64,000 bases of DNA from assembly GCA_964016885.1 (NCBI GenBank), contig OZ024764.1:186001-250000 (forward strand). Direction: 5' to 3'. Origin of the DNA: Eledone cirrhosa (Eukaryota). The first letter of the stretch is position 1; each line of letters opens with the position of its first letter. Below are positions 26,201 to 41,200 of this stretch, one piece after another. The translations under genes and the position numbers were made by a program. A model generated the notes under the pieces. That model did no database searches. It saw nothing but the letters and a program-made list of their open reading frames with translations, and had not been told where the DNA came from.

Positions 26201-29200
26201 AGTTCATAACTTTGAAGTTAAGAACTGTTGGAAAGGAGTTCATAACTTTGAAGTTATGAACTGTTGGAAAGGAGTTAATTACTTTGAAGTTAAGAACTGT
26301 TGGAAAGGAGTTAATTACTTTGAAGTTATGAACTGTTGGAAAGGAGATTATAACTTTGGAGTTAAGAACTGTTGGAAAGGAGTTCATTACTTTGAAGTTA
26401 TGAACTGTTGGAAAGGAGTTTATAACTTTGGAGTTATGAACTGTTGGAAAGGAGTTCATTACTTTGAAGTTATGAACTGTTGGAAAGGAGTTCATAACTT
26501 TGGAGTTATGAACTGTTGGAAAGGAGTTCATAACTTTGGAGTTAAGAACTGTTGGAAAGGAGTTTATAACTTTGGAGTTATGAACTGTTGGAAAGGAGTT
26601 CATAACTTTGTAGTTATAAACTGTTGGAAAGGAGTTCATAACTTTGGAGTTATGAACTGTTGGAAAGGAGTTCATAACTTTGAAGTTATGAACTGTTGGA
26701 AAGGAGTTAATTACTTTGGAGTTATGAACTGTTGGAAAGGAGTTTATAACTTTGGAGTTATGAACTGTTGGAAAGGAGTTTATAACTTTGGAGTTAAGAA
26801 CTGTTGGAAAGGAGTTCATAACTTTGAAGTTATGAACTGTTGGAAAGGAGTTCATAACTTTGAAGTTAAGAACTGTTGGAAAGGAGTTAATTACTTTGAA
26901 GTTATGAACTGTTGGAAAGGAGTTCATAACTTTGAAGTTATGGACTGTTGGAAAGGAGTTCATAACTTTAAAGTTATGAACTGTTGGAAAGGAGTTCATA
27001 ACTTTGAAGTTATGAACTGTTGGAAAGGAGTTAATTACTTTGAAGTTATGAACTGTTGGAAAGGAGTTCATAACTTTGAAGTTAAGAACTGTCGGAAAGG
27101 ATTTCATAACTTTGGAGTTATGAACTGTTGGAAAGGAGTTTATAACTTTGAAGTTATGAACTGTTGGAAAGGAGTGTATAGCTTTGAAGTTATGAACTGT
27201 TGGAAAGGAGTTCATAACTTTGAAGTTATGAACTGTTGGAAAGGAGTTCATAACTTTGAAGTTATGAACTGTTGGAAAGGAGTGTATAGCTTTGAAGTTA
27301 TGAACTGTTGGAAAGGATTTCATAGCTTTGAAGTTATGAACTGTTGGAAAAGAGTTCTTAACTTTGAAGTTATGAACTGTTGGAAAGGAGTTCATAACTT
27401 TGAAGTTAAGAACTGTTGGAAAGGAGTTAATTACTTTGTAGTTATGAACTGTTGGAAAGGAGTTCATAACTTTGAAGTTAAGAACTGTTGGAAAGGAGTT
27501 AATTACTTTGAAGTTATGAACTGTTGGAAAGGAGTTCATAACTTTGAAGTTATGAACTGTTGGAAAGGAGATTATAACTTTGGAGTTAAGAACTGTTGGA
27601 AAGGAGTTCATTACTTTGAAGTTATGAACTGTTGGAAAGGAGTTTATAACTTTGGAGTTATGAACTGTTGGAAAGGAGTTAATTACTTTGAAGTTATGAA
27701 CTGTTGGAAAGGAGTTCATAACTTTGAAGTTAAGAACTGTTGGAAAGGAGTTCATAACTTTGAAGTTATGAACTGTTGGAAAGGAGTTAATTACTTTGAA
27801 GTTAAGAACTGTTGGAAAGGAGTTAATTACTTTGAAGTTATGAACTGTTGGAAAGGAGATTATAACTTTGGAGTTAAGAACTGTTGGAAAGGAGTTCATT
27901 ACTTTGAAGTTATGAACTGTTGGAAAGGAGTTTATAACTTTGGAGTTATGAACTGTTGGAAAGGAGTTCATTACTTTGAAGTTATGAACTGTTGGAAAGG
28001 AGTTCATAACTTTGAAGTTAAGAACTGTTGGAAAGGAGTTCATTACGTTGAAGTTATGAACTGTTGGAAAGGAGTTCATAACTTTGAAGTTAAGAACTGT
28101 TGGAAAGGAGTTAATTACTTTGAAGTTATGAACTGTTGGAAAGGAGTTCATAACTTTGAAGTTATGAACTGTTGGAAAGGATTTCATAACTTTGAAGTTA
28201 TGAACTGTTGGAAAGGAGTTTATAACTTTGAAGTTATGAACTGTTGGAAAGGAGTTCATAACTTTGAAGTTATGAACTGTTGGAAAGGAGTTCATAACTT
28301 TGAAGTTATGAACTGTTGGAAAGGAGTTTATAACTTTGAAGTTATGAACTGTTGGAAAGGAGTTTATAACTTTGAAGTTATGAACTGTTGGAAAGGAGTT
28401 CATAACTTTGAAGTTATGAACTGTTGGAAAGGAGTTTATAACTTTGAAGTTATGAACTGTTGGAAAGCAGTTCATAACTTTGAAGTTATTAACTGTTGGA
28501 AAGGAGTTCATAACTTTGAAGTTATGAACTGTTGGAAAGGATTTCATAACTTTGAAGTTATGAACTGTTGGAAAGGAGTTCATAACTTTGGAGTTATGAA
28601 CTGTTGGAAAGGAGTTCATAACTTTGGAGTTAAGAACTGTTGGAAAGGAGTTTATAACTTTGGAGTTATGAACTGTTGGAAAGGAGTTCATAACTTTGAA
28701 GTTAAGAACTGTTGGAAAGGAGTTCATAACTTTGAAGTTATAAACTGTTGGAAAGGAGTTCATAACTTTGGAGTTATGAACTGTTGGAAAGGAGTTCATA
28801 ACTTTGAAGTTATGAACTGTTGGAAAGGAGTTAATTACTTTGGAGTTATGAACTGTTGGAAAGGAGTTTATAACTTTGGAGTTATGAACTGTTGGAAAGG
28901 AGTTTATAACTTTGGAGTTAAGAACTGTTGGAAAGGAGTTCATAACTTTGAAGTTATGAACTGTTGGAAAGGAGTGTATAGCTTTGAAGTTATGAACTGT
29001 TGGAAAAGAGTTCATAACTTTGAAGTTATGAACTGTTGGAAAGGAGTTAATTACTTTGAAGTTATGAACTGTTGGAAAGGAGTTCATAACTTTGAAGTTA
29101 AGAACTGTTGGAAAGGAGTTAATTACTTTGAAGTTATGAACTGTTGGAAAGGAGTTAATTACTTTGAAGTTAAGAACTGTTGGAAAGGAGTTAATTACTT

Positions 29201-32200
29201 TGAAGTTATGAACTGTTGGAAAGAAGATTATAACTTTGGAGTTAAGAACTGTTGGAAAGGAGTTCATTACTTTGAAGTTATGAACTGTTGGAAAGGAGTT
29301 TATAACTTTGGAGTTATGAACTGTTGGAAAGGAGTTCATTACTTTGAAGTTATGAACTGTTGGAAAGGAGTTCATAACTTTGAAGTTAAGAACTGTTGGA
29401 AAGGAGTTCATTACGTTGAAGTTATGAACTGTTGGAAAGGAGTTCATAACTTTGAAGTTAAGAACTGTTGGAAAGGAGTTAATTACTTTGAAGTTATGAA
29501 CTGTTGGAAAGGAGTTCATAACTTTGAAGTTATGAACTGTTGGAAAGGATTTCATAACTTTGAAGTTATGAACTGTTGGAAACGAGTTTATAACTTTGAA
29601 GTTATGAACTGTTGGAAAGGAGTTCATAACTTTGAAGTTATGAACTGTTGGAAAGGAGTTCATAACTTTGGAGTTATGAACTGTTGGAAAGGAGTTCATA
29701 ACTTTGGAGTTAAGAACTGTTGGAAAGGAGTTCATAACTTTGAAGTTATGAAATGTTGGAAAGGAGTTTATAACTTTGAAGTTATGAAATGTTGGAAAGG
29801 AGTTTATAACTTTGAAGTTATGAACTGTTGGAAAGGAGTTTATAACTTTGAAGTTATGAACTGTTGGAAAGGAGTTCATAACTTTGAAGTTATGAACTGT
29901 TGGAAAGGAGTTTATAACTTTGAAGTTATGAACTGTTGGAAAGCAGTTCATAACTTTGAAGTTATTAACTGTTGGAAAGGAGTTCATAACTTTGAAGTTA
30001 TGAACTGTTGGAAAGGATTTCATAACTTTGAAGTTATGAACTGTTGGAAAGGAGTTCATAACTTTGGAGTTATGAACTGTTGGAAAGGAGTTCATAACTT
30101 TGGAGTTAAGAACTGTTGGAAAGGAGTTTATAACTTTGGAGTTATGAACTGTTGGAAAGGAGTTCATAACTTTGAAGTTAAGAACTGTTGGAAAGGAGTT
30201 CATAACTTTGAAGTTATAAACTGTTGGAAAGGAGTTCATAACTTTGGAGTTATGAACTGTTGGAAAGGAGTTCATAACTTTGAAGTTATGAACTGTTGGA
30301 AAGGAGTTAATTACTTTGGAGTTATGAACTGTTGGAAAGGAGTTTATAACTTTGGAGTTATGAACTGTTGGAAAGGAGTTTATAACTTTGGAGTTAAGAA
30401 CTGTTGGAAAGGAGTTCATAACTTTGAAGTTATGAACTGTTGGAAAGGAGTTCATAACTTTGAAGTTAAGAACTGTTGGAAAGGAGTTAATTACTTTGAA
30501 GTTATGAACTGTTGGAAAGGAGTTCATAACTTTGAAGTTATGGACTGTTGGAAAGGAGTTCATAACTTTAAAGTTATGAACTGTTGGAAAGGAGTTCATA
30601 ACTTTGAAGTTATGAACTGTTGGAAAGGAGTTAATTACTTTGAAGTTATGAACTGTTGGAAAGGAGTTCATAACTTTGAAGTTAAGAACTGTCGGAAAGG
30701 ATTTCATAACTTTGGAGTTATGAACTGTTGGAAAGGAGTTTATAACTTTGAAGTTATGAATTGTTGGAAAGGAGTGTATAGCTTTGAAGTTATGAACTGT
30801 TGGAAAGGAGTTCATAACTTTGAAGTTAAGAACTGTTGGAAAGGAGTTCATAACTTTGAAGTTATGAACTGTTGGAAAGGAGTGTATAGCTTTGAAGTTA
30901 TGAACTGTTGGAAAGGATTTCATAGCTTTGAAGTTATGAACTGTTGGAAAAGAGTTCATAACTTTGAAGTTATGAACTGTTGGAAAGGAGTTCATAACTT
31001 TGAAGTTAAGAACTGTTGGAAAGGAGTTAATTACTTTGTAGTTATGAACTGTTGGAAAGGAGTTCATAACTTTGAAGTTAAGAACTGTTGGAAAGGAGTT
31101 AATTACTTTGAAGTTATGAACTGTTGGAAAGGAGTTCATAACTTTGAAGTTATGAACTGTTGGAAAGGAGATTATAACTTTGGAGTTAAGAACTGTTGGA
31201 AAGGAGTTCATTACTTTGAAGTTATGAACTGTTGGAAAGGAGTTTATAACTTTGGAGTTATGAACTGTTGGAAAGGAGTTAATTACTTTGAAGTTATGAA
31301 CTGTTGGAAAGGAGTTCATAACTTTGAAGTTAAGAACTGTTGGAAAGGAGTTCATAACTTTGAAGTTAAGAACTGTTGGAAAGGAGTTAATTACTTTGAA
31401 GTTATGAACTGTTGGAAAGGAGATTATAACTTTGGAGTTAAGAACTGTTGGAAAGGAGTTCATTACTTTGAAGTTATGAACTGTTGGAAAGGAGTTTATA
31501 ACTTTGGAGTTATGAACTGTTGGAAAGGAGTTCATTACTTTGAAGTTATGAACTGTTGGAAAGGAGTTCATAACTTTGAAGTTAAGAACTGTTGGAAAGG
31601 AGTTCATTACGTTGAAGTTATGAACTGTTGGAAAGGAGTTCATAACTTTGAAGTTAAGAACTGTTGGAAAGGAGTTAATTACTTTGAAGTTATGAACTGT
31701 TGGAAAGGAGTTCATAACTTTGAAGTTATGAACTGTTGGAAAGGATTTCATAACTTTGAAGTTATGAACTGTTGGAAAGGAGTTTATAACTTTGAAGTTA
31801 TGAACTGTTGGAAAGGAGTTCATAACTTTGAAGTTATGAACTGTTGGAAAGGAGTTCATAACTTTGGAGTTATGAACTGTTGGAAAGGAGTTCATAACTT
31901 TGGAGTTAAGAACTGTTGGAAAGGAGTTCATAACTTTGAAGTTATGAAATGTTGGAAAGGAGTTTATAACTTTGAAGTTATGAAATGTTGGAAAGGAGTT
32001 TATAACTTTGAAGTTATGAACTGTTGGAAAGGAGTTTATAACTTTGAAGTTATGAACTGTTGGAAAGGAGTTCATAACTTTGAAGTTATGAACTGTTGGA
32101 AAGGAGTTTATAACTTTGAAGTTATGAACTGTTGGAAAGGAGTTCATAACTTTGCAGTTATGAACTGTTGGAAAGGAGTTCATAACTTTGAAGTTATGAA

Positions 32201-35200
32201 CTGTTGGAAAGGATTTCATAACTTTGAAGTTATGAACTGTTGGAAAGGAGTTCATAACTTTGGAGTTATGAACTGTTGGAAAGGAGTTCATAACCTTGGA
32301 GTTATGAACTGTTGGAAAGGAGTTCATAACTTTGGAGTTAAGAACTGTTGGAAAGGATTTCATAACTTTGAAGTTATGAACTGTTGGAAAGGAGTTTATA
32401 ACTTTGAAGTTATGAACTGTTGGAAAGGAGTTCATAACTTTGAAGTTATGAACTGTTGGAAAGGAGTTCATAACTTTGGAGTTATGAACTGTTGGAAAGG
32501 AGTTCATAACTTTGGAGTTAAGAACTGTTGGAAAGGAGTTCATAACTTTGAAGTTATGAAATGTTGGAAAGGAGTTTATAACTTTGAAGTTATGAACTGT
32601 TGGAAAGGAGTTTATAACTTTGAAGTTATGAACTGTTGGAAAGGAGTTTATAACTTTGAAGTTATGAACTGTTGGAAAGGAGTTCATAACTTTGAAGTTA
32701 TGAACTGTTGGAAAGGAGTTTATAACTTTGAAGTTATGAACTGTTGGAAAGGAGTTCATAACTTTGAAGTTATGAACTGTTGGAAAGGAGTTCATAACTT
32801 TGAAGTTATGAACTGTTGGAAAGGATTTCATAACTTTGAAGTTATGAACTGTTGGAAAGGAGTTCATAACTTTGGAGTTATGAACTGTTGGAAAGGAGTT
32901 CATAACTTTGGAGTTATGAACTGTTGGAAAGGAGTTCATAACTTTGGAGTTAAGAACTGTTGGAAAGGAGTTCATTACTTTGAAGTTATGAACTGTTGGA
33001 AAGGAGTTAATAACTTTGAAGTTAAGAACTGTTGGAAAGGAGTTAATTACTTTGAAGTTATGAACTGTTGGAAAGGAGTTCATAACTTTGAAGTTAAGAA
33101 CTGTTGGAAAGGAGTTGACAACTTTGAAGTTATGAACTGTTGGAAAGGAGTTCATAACTTTGAAGTTATGAACTGTTGGAAAGGATTTCATAACTTTGAA
33201 GTTATGAACTGTTGGAAAGGAGTTTATAACTTTGAAGTTATGAACTATTGGAAAGGAGTTCATAACTTTGAAGTTATGAACTGTTGGAAAGGAGTTCATA
33301 ACTTTGGAGTTATGAACTGTTGGAAAGGAGTTCATAACTTTGGAGTTAAGAACTGTTGGAAAGGAGTTCATAACTTTGAAGTTATGAAATGTTGGAAAGG
33401 AGTTTATAACTTTGAAGTTATGAACTGTTGGAAAGGAGTTTATAACTTTGAAGTTATGAACTGTTGGAAAGGAGTTTATAACTTTGAAGTTATGAACTGT
33501 TGGAAAGGAGTTTATAACTTTGGAGTTATGAACTGTTGGAAAGGAGTTCATAACTTTGAAGTTAAGAACTGTTGGAAAGGAGTTCATAACTTTGAAGTTA
33601 TAAACTGTTGGAAAGGAGTTCATAACTTTGGAGTTATGAACTGTTGGAAAGGAGTTCATAACTTTGAAGTTATGAACTGTTGGAAAGGAGTTAATTACTT
33701 TGGAGTTATGAACTGTTGGAAAGGAGTTTATAACTTTGGAGTTATGAACTGTTGGAAAGGAGTTTATAACTTTGGAGTTAAGAACTGTTGGAAAGGAGTT
33801 CATAACTTTGAAGTTATGAACTGTTGGAAAGGAGTTCATAACTTTGAAGTTAAGAACTGTTGGAAAGGAGTTCATAACTTTGAAGTTATGAACTGTTGGA
33901 AAGGAGTTCATAACTTTGAAGTTATGGACTGTTGGAAAGGAGTTCATAACTTTGAAGTTATGAACTGTTGGAAAGGAGTTCATAACTTTGAAGTTATAAA
34001 CTGTTGGAAAGGAGTTCATAACTTTGAAGTTATGAACTGTTGGAAAGGAGTTCATTACTTTGAAGTTAAGAACTGTTGGAAAGGAGTTAATTACTTTGAA
34101 GTTATGAACTGTTGGAAAGGAGTTCATAACTTTGAAGTTATGGACTGTTGGAAAGGAGTTCATAACTTTGAAGTTATGAACTGTTGGAAAGGAGTTCATA
34201 ACTTTGAAGTTATGAACTGTTGGAAAGGAGTTCATAACTTTGAAGTTTAGAACTGTCGGAAAGGATTTCATAACTTTGGAGTTATGAACTGTTGGAAAGG
34301 AGTGTATAGCTTTGAAGTTATGAACTGTTGGAAAAGAGTTCATAACTTTGAAGTTAAGAACTGTTGGAAAGGAGTTTATAACTTTGAAGTTATGAACTGT
34401 TGGAAAGGAGTTAATTACTTTGAAGTTATGAACTGTTGGAAAGGAGTTCATAACTTTGAAGTTAAGAACTGTCGGAAAGGATTTCATAACTTTGGAGTTA
34501 TGAACTGTTGGAAAGGAGTTTATAACTTTGAAGTTATGAACTGTTGGAAAGGAGTTTATAACTTTGAAGTTATGAACTGTTAGAAAGGAGTTCATTACTT
34601 TGAAGTTATGAACTGTTGGAAAGGAGTTCATAACTTTGGAGTTAAGAACTGTTGGAAAGGAGTTCATAACTTTGAAGTTATGAAATGTTGGAAAGGAGTT
34701 TATAACTTTGAAGTTATGAACTGTTGGAAAGGATTTCATAACTTTGAAGTTATGAACTGTTGGAAAGGAGTTCATAACTTTGGAGTTATGAACTGTTGGA
34801 AAGGAGTTCATAACTTTGGAGTTATGAACTGTTGGAAAGGAGTTCATAACTTTGGAGGTAAGAACTGTTGGAAAGGAGTTCATTACTTTGAAGTTATGAA
34901 CTGTTGGAAAGGAGTTAATAACTTTGAAGTTAAGAACTGTTGGAAAGGAGTTAATTACTTTGAAGTTATGAACTGTTGGAAAGGAGTTCATAACTTTGAA
35001 GTTAAGAACTGTTGGAAAGGAGTTGACAACTTTGAAGTTATGAACTGTTGGAAAGGAGTTCATAACTTTGAAGTTATGAACTGTTGGAAAGGATTTCATA
35101 ACTTTGAAGTTATGAACTGTTGGAAAGGAGTTTATAACTTTGAAGTTATGAACTATTGGAAAGGAGTTCATAACTTTGAAGTTATGAACTGTTGGAAAGG

Positions 35201-38200
35201 AGTTCATAACTTTGGAGTTATGAACTGTTGGAAAGGAGTTCATAACTTTGGAGTTAAGAACTGTTGGAAAGGAGTTCATAACTTTGAAGTTATGAAATGT
35301 TGGAAAGGAGTTTATAACTTTGAAGTTATGAACTGTTGGAAAGGAGTTTATAACTTTGAAGTTATGAACTGTTGGAAAGGAGTTTATAACTTTGAAGTTA
35401 TGAACTGTTGGAAAGGAGTTCATAACTTTGAAGTTATGAACTGTTGGAAAGGAGTTTATAACTTTGAAGTTATGAACTGTTGGAAAGCAGTTCATAACTT
35501 TGAAGTTATTAACTGTTGGAAAGGAGTTCATAACTTTGAAGTTATGAACTGTTGGAAAGGATTTCATAACTTTGAAGTTATGAACTGTTGGAAAGGAGTT
35601 CATAACTTTGGAGTTATGAACTGTTGGAAAGGAGTTCATAACTTTGGAGTTAAGAACTGTTGGAAAGGAGTTTATAACTTTGGAGTTATGAACTGTTGGA
35701 AAGGAGTTCATAACTTTGAAGTTAAGAACTGTTGGAAAGGAGTTCATAACTTTGAAGTTATAAACTGTTGGAAAGGAGTTCATAACTTTGGAGTTATGAA
35801 CTGTTGGAAAGGAGTTCATAACTTTGAAGTTATGAACTGTTGGAAAGGAGTTAATTACTTTGGAGTTATGAACTGTTGGAAAGGAGTTTATAACTTTGGA
35901 GTTATGAACTGTTGGAAAGGAGTTTATAACTTTGGAGTTAAGAACTGTTGGAAAGGAGTTCATAACTTTGAAGTTATGAACTGTTGGAAAGGAGTTCATA
36001 ACTTTGAAGTTAAGAACTGTTGGAAAGGAGTTAATTACTTTGAAGTTATGAACTGTTGGAAAGGAGTTCATAACTTTGAAGTTATGGACTGTTGGAAAGG
36101 AGTTCATAACTTTAAAGTTATGAACTGTTGGAAAGGAGTTCATAACTTTGAAGTTATGAACTGTTGGAAAGGAGTTAATTACTTTGAAGTTATGAACTGT
36201 TGGAAAGGAGTTCATAACTTTGAAGTTAAGAACTGTCGGAAAGGATTTCATAACTTTGGAGTTATGAACTGTTGGAAAGGAGTTTATAACTTTGAAGTTA
36301 TGAATTGTTGGAAAGGAGTGTATAGCTTTGAAGTTATGAACTGTTGGAAAGGAGTTCATAACTTTGAAGTTATGAACTGTTGGAAAGGAGTTCATAACTT
36401 TGAAGTTATGAACTGTTGGAAAGGAGTGTATAGCTTTGAAGTTATGAACTGTTGGAAAGGATTTCATAGCTTTGAAGTTATGAACTGTTGGAAAAGAGTT
36501 CATAACTTTGAAGTTATGAACTGTTGGAAAGGAGTTCATAACTTTGAAGTTAAGAACTGTTGGAAAGGAGTTAATTACTTTGTAGTTATGAACTGTTGGA
36601 AAGGAGTTCATAACTTTGAAGTTAAGAACTGTTGGAAAGGAGTTAATTACTTTGAAGTTATGAACTGTTGGAAAAGAGTTCATAACTTTGAAGTTATGAA
36701 CTGTTGGAAAGGAGTTCATAACTTTGAAGTTAAGAACTGTTGGAAAGGAGTTAATTACTTTGTAGTTATGAACTGTTGGAAAGGAGTTCATAACTTTGAA
36801 GTTAAGAACTGTTGGAAAGGAGTTAATTACTTTGAAGTTATGAACTGTTGGAAAGGAGTTTATAACTTTGGAGTTATGAACTGTTGGAAAGGAGTTAATT
36901 ACTTTGAAGTTATGAACTGTTGGAAAGGAGTTCATAACTTTGAAGTTAAGAACTGTTGGAAAGGAGTTCATAACTTTGAAGTTAAGAACTGTTGGAAAGG
37001 AGTTAATTACTTTGAAGTTATGAACTGTTGGAAAGGAGATTATAACTTTGGAGTTAAGAACTGTTGGAAAGGAGTTCATTACTTTGAAGTTATGAACTGT
37101 TGGAAAGGAGTTTATAACTTTGGAGTTATGAACTGTTGGAAAGGAGTTCATTACTTTGAAGTTATGAACTGTTGGAAAGGAGTTCATAACTTTGAAGTTA
37201 AGAACTGTTGGAAAGGAGTTCATTACGTTGAAGTTATGAACTGTTGGAAAGGAGTTCATAACTTTGAAGTTAAGAACTGTTGGAAAGGAGTTAATTACTT
37301 TGAAGTTATGAACTGTTGGAAAGGAGTTCATAACTTTGAAGTTATGAACTGTTGGAAAGGATTTCATAACTTTGAAGTTATGAACTGTTGGAAAGGAGTT
37401 TATAACTTTGAAGTTATGAACTGTTGGAAAGGAGTTCATAACTTTGAAGTTATGAACTGTTGGAAAGGAGTTCATAACTTTGGAGTTATGAACTGTTGGA
37501 AAGGAGTTCATAACTTTGGAGTTAAGAACTGTTGGAAAGGAGTTCATAACTTTGAAGTTATGAAATGTTGGAAAGGAGTTTATAACTTTGAAGTTATGAA
37601 ATGTTGGAAAGGAGTTTATAACTTTGAAGTTATGAACTGTTGGAAAGGAGTTTATAACTTTGAAGTTATGAACTGTTGGAAAGGAGTTCATAACTTTGAA
37701 GTTATGAACTGTTGGAAAGGAGTTTATAACTTTGAAGTTATGAACTGTTGGAAAGGAGTTCATAACTTTGCAGTTATGAACTGTTGGAAAGGAGTTCATA
37801 ACTTTGAAGTTATGAACTGTTGGAAAGGATTTCATAACTTTGAAGTTATGAACTGTTGGAAAGGAGTTCATAACTTTGGAGTTATGAACTGTTGGAAAGG
37901 AGTTCATAACCTTGGAGTTATGAACTGTTGGAAAGGAGTTCATAACTTTGGAGTTAAGAACTGTTGGAAAGGATTTCATAACTTTGAAGTTATGAACTGT
38001 TGGAAAGGAGTTTATAACTTTGAAGTTATGAACTGTTGGAAAGGAGTTCATAACTTTGAAGTTATGAACTGTTGGAAAGGAGTTCATAACTTTGGAGTTA
38101 TGAACTGTTGGAAAGGAGTTCATAACTTTGGAGTTAAGAACTGTTGGAAAGGAGTTCATAACTTTGAAGTTATGAAATGTTGGAAAGGAGTTTATAACTT

Positions 38201-41200
38201 TGAAGTTATGAACTGTTGGAAAGGAGTTTATAACTTTGAAGTTATGAACTGTTGGAAAGGAGTTTATAACTTTGAAGTTATGAACTGTTGGAAAGGAGTT
38301 CATAACTTTGAAGTTATGAACTGTTGGAAAGGAGTTTATAACTTTGAAGTTATGAACTGTTGGAAAGGAGTTCATAACTTTGAAGTTATGAACTGTTGGA
38401 AAGGAGTTCATAACTTTGAAGTTATGAACTGTTGGAAAGGATTTCATAACTTTGAAGTTATGAACTGTTGGAAAGGAGTTCATAACTTTGGAGTTATGAA
38501 CTGTTGGAAAGGAGTTCATAACTTTGGAGTTATGAACTGTTGGAAAGGAGTTCATAACTTTGGAGTTAAGAACTGTTGGAAAGGAGTTCATTACTTTGAA
38601 GTTATGAACTGTTGGAAAGGAGTTAATAACTTTGAAGTTAAGAACTGTTGGAAAGGAGTTAATTACTTTGAAGTTATGAACTGTTGGAAAGGAGTTCATA
38701 ACTTTGAAGTTAAGAACTGTTGGAAAGGAGTTGACAACTTTGAAGTTATGAACTGTTGGAAAGGAGTTCATAACTTTGAAGTTATGAACTGTTGGAAAGG
38801 ATTTCATAACTTTGAAGTTATGAACTGTTGGAAAGGAGTTTATAACTTTGAAGTTATGAACTATTGGAAAGGAGTTCATAACTTTGAAGTTATGAACTGT
38901 TGGAAAGGAGTTCATAACTTTGGAGTTATGAACTGTTGGAAAGGAGTTCATAACTTTGGAGTTAAGAACTGTTGGAAAGGAGTTCATAACTTTGAAGTTA
39001 TGAAATGTTGGAAAGGAGTTTATAACTTTGAAGTTATGAACTGTTGGAAAGGAGTTTATAACTTTGAAGTTATGAACTGTTGGAAAGGAGTTTATAACTT
39101 TGAAGTTATGAACTGTTGGAAAGGAGTTTATAACTTTGGAGTTATGAACTGTTGGAAAGGAGTTCATAACTTTGAAGTTAAGAACTGTTGGAAAGGAGTT
39201 CATAACTTTGAAGTTATAAACTGTTGGAAAGGAGTTCATAACTTTGGAGTTATGAACTGTTGGAAAGGAGTTCATAACTTTGAAGTTATGAACTGTTGGA
39301 AAGGAGTTAATTACTTTGGAGTTATGAACTGTTGGAAAGGAGTTTATAACTTTGGAGTTATGAACTGTTGGAAAGGAGTTTATAACTTTGGAGTTAAGAA
39401 CTGTTGGAAAGGAGTTCATAACTTTGAAGTTATGAACTGTTGGAAAGGAGTTCATAACTTTGAAGTTAAGAACTGTTGGAAAGGAGTTCATAACTTTGAA
39501 GTTATGAACTGTTGGAAAGGAGTTCATAACTTTGAAGTTATGGACTGTTGGAAAGGAGTTCATAACTTTGAAGTTATGAACTGTTGGAAAGGAGTTCATA
39601 ACTTTGAAGTTATAAACTGTTGGAAAGGAGTTCATAACTTTGAAGTTATGAACTGTTGGAAAGGAGTTCATTACTTTGAAGTTAAGAACTGTTGGAAAGG
39701 AGTTAATTACTTTGAAGTTATGAACTGTTGGAAAGGAGTTCATAACTTTGAAGTTATGGACTGTTGGAAAGGAGTTCATAACTTTGAAGTTATGAACTGT
39801 TGGAAAGGAGTTCATAACTTTGAAGTTATGAACTGTTGGAAAGGAGTTCATAACTTTGAAGTTTAGAACTGTCGGAAAGGATTTCATAACTTTGGAGTTA
39901 TGAACTGTTGGAAAGGAGTGTATAGCTTTGAAGTTATGAACTGTTGGAAAAGAGTTCATAACTTTGAAGTTAAGAACTGTTGGAAAGGAGTTTATAACTT
40001 TGAAGTTATGAACTGTTGGAAAGGAGTTAATTACTTTGAAGTTATGAACTGTTGGAAAGGAGTTCATAACTTTGAAGTTAAGAACTGTCGGAAAGGATTT
40101 CATAACTTTGGAGTTATGAACTGTTGGAAAGGAGTTTATAACTTTGAAGTTATGAACTGTTGGAAAGGAGTTTATAACTTTGAAGTTATGAACTGTTAGA
40201 AAGGAGTTCATTACTTTGAAGTTATGAACTGTTGGAAAGGAGTTCATAACTTTGGAGTTAAGAACTGTTGGAAAGGAGTTCATAACTTTGAAGTTATGAA
40301 ATGTTGGAAAGGAGTTTATAACTTTGAAGTTATGAACTGTTGGAAAGGATTTCATAACTTTGAAGTTATGAACTGTTGGAAAGGAGTTCATAACTTTGGA
40401 GTTATGAACTGTTGGAAAGGAGTTCATAACTTTGGAGTTATGAACTGTTGGAAAGGAGTTCATAACTTTGGAGGTAAGAACTGTTGGAAAGGAGTTCATT
40501 ACTTTGAAGTTATGAACTGTTGGAAAGGAGTTAATAACTTTGAAGTTAAGAACTGTTGGAAAGGAGTTAATTACTTTGAAGTTATGAACTGTTGGAAAGG
40601 AGTTCATAACTTTGAAGTTAAGAACTGTTGGAAAGGAGTTGACAACTTTGAAGTTATGAACTGTTGGAAAGGAGTTCATAACTTTGAAGTTATGAACTGT
40701 TGGAAAGGATTTCATAACTTTGAAGTTATGAACTGTTGGAAAGGAGTTTATAACTTTGAAGTTATGAACTATTGGAAAGGAGTTCATAACTTTGAAGTTA
40801 TGAACTGTTGGAAAGGAGTTCATAACTTTGGAGTTATGAACTGTTGGAAAGGAGTTCATAACTTTGGAGTTAAGAACTGTTGGAAAGGAGTTCATAACTT
40901 TGAAGTTATGAAATGTTGGAAAGGAGTTTATAACTTTGAAGTTATGAACTGTTGGAAAGGAGTTTATAACTTTGAAGTTATGAACTGTTGGAAAGGAGTT
41001 TATAACTTTGAAGTTATGAACTGTTGGAAAGGAGTTCATAACTTTGAAGTTATGAACTGTTGGAAAGGAGTTTATAACTTTGAAGTTATGAACTGTTGGA
41101 AAGCAGTTCATAACTTTGAAGTTATTAACTGTTGGAAAGGAGTTCATAACTTTGAAGTTATGAACTGTTGGAAAGGATTTCATAACTTTGAAGTTATGAA

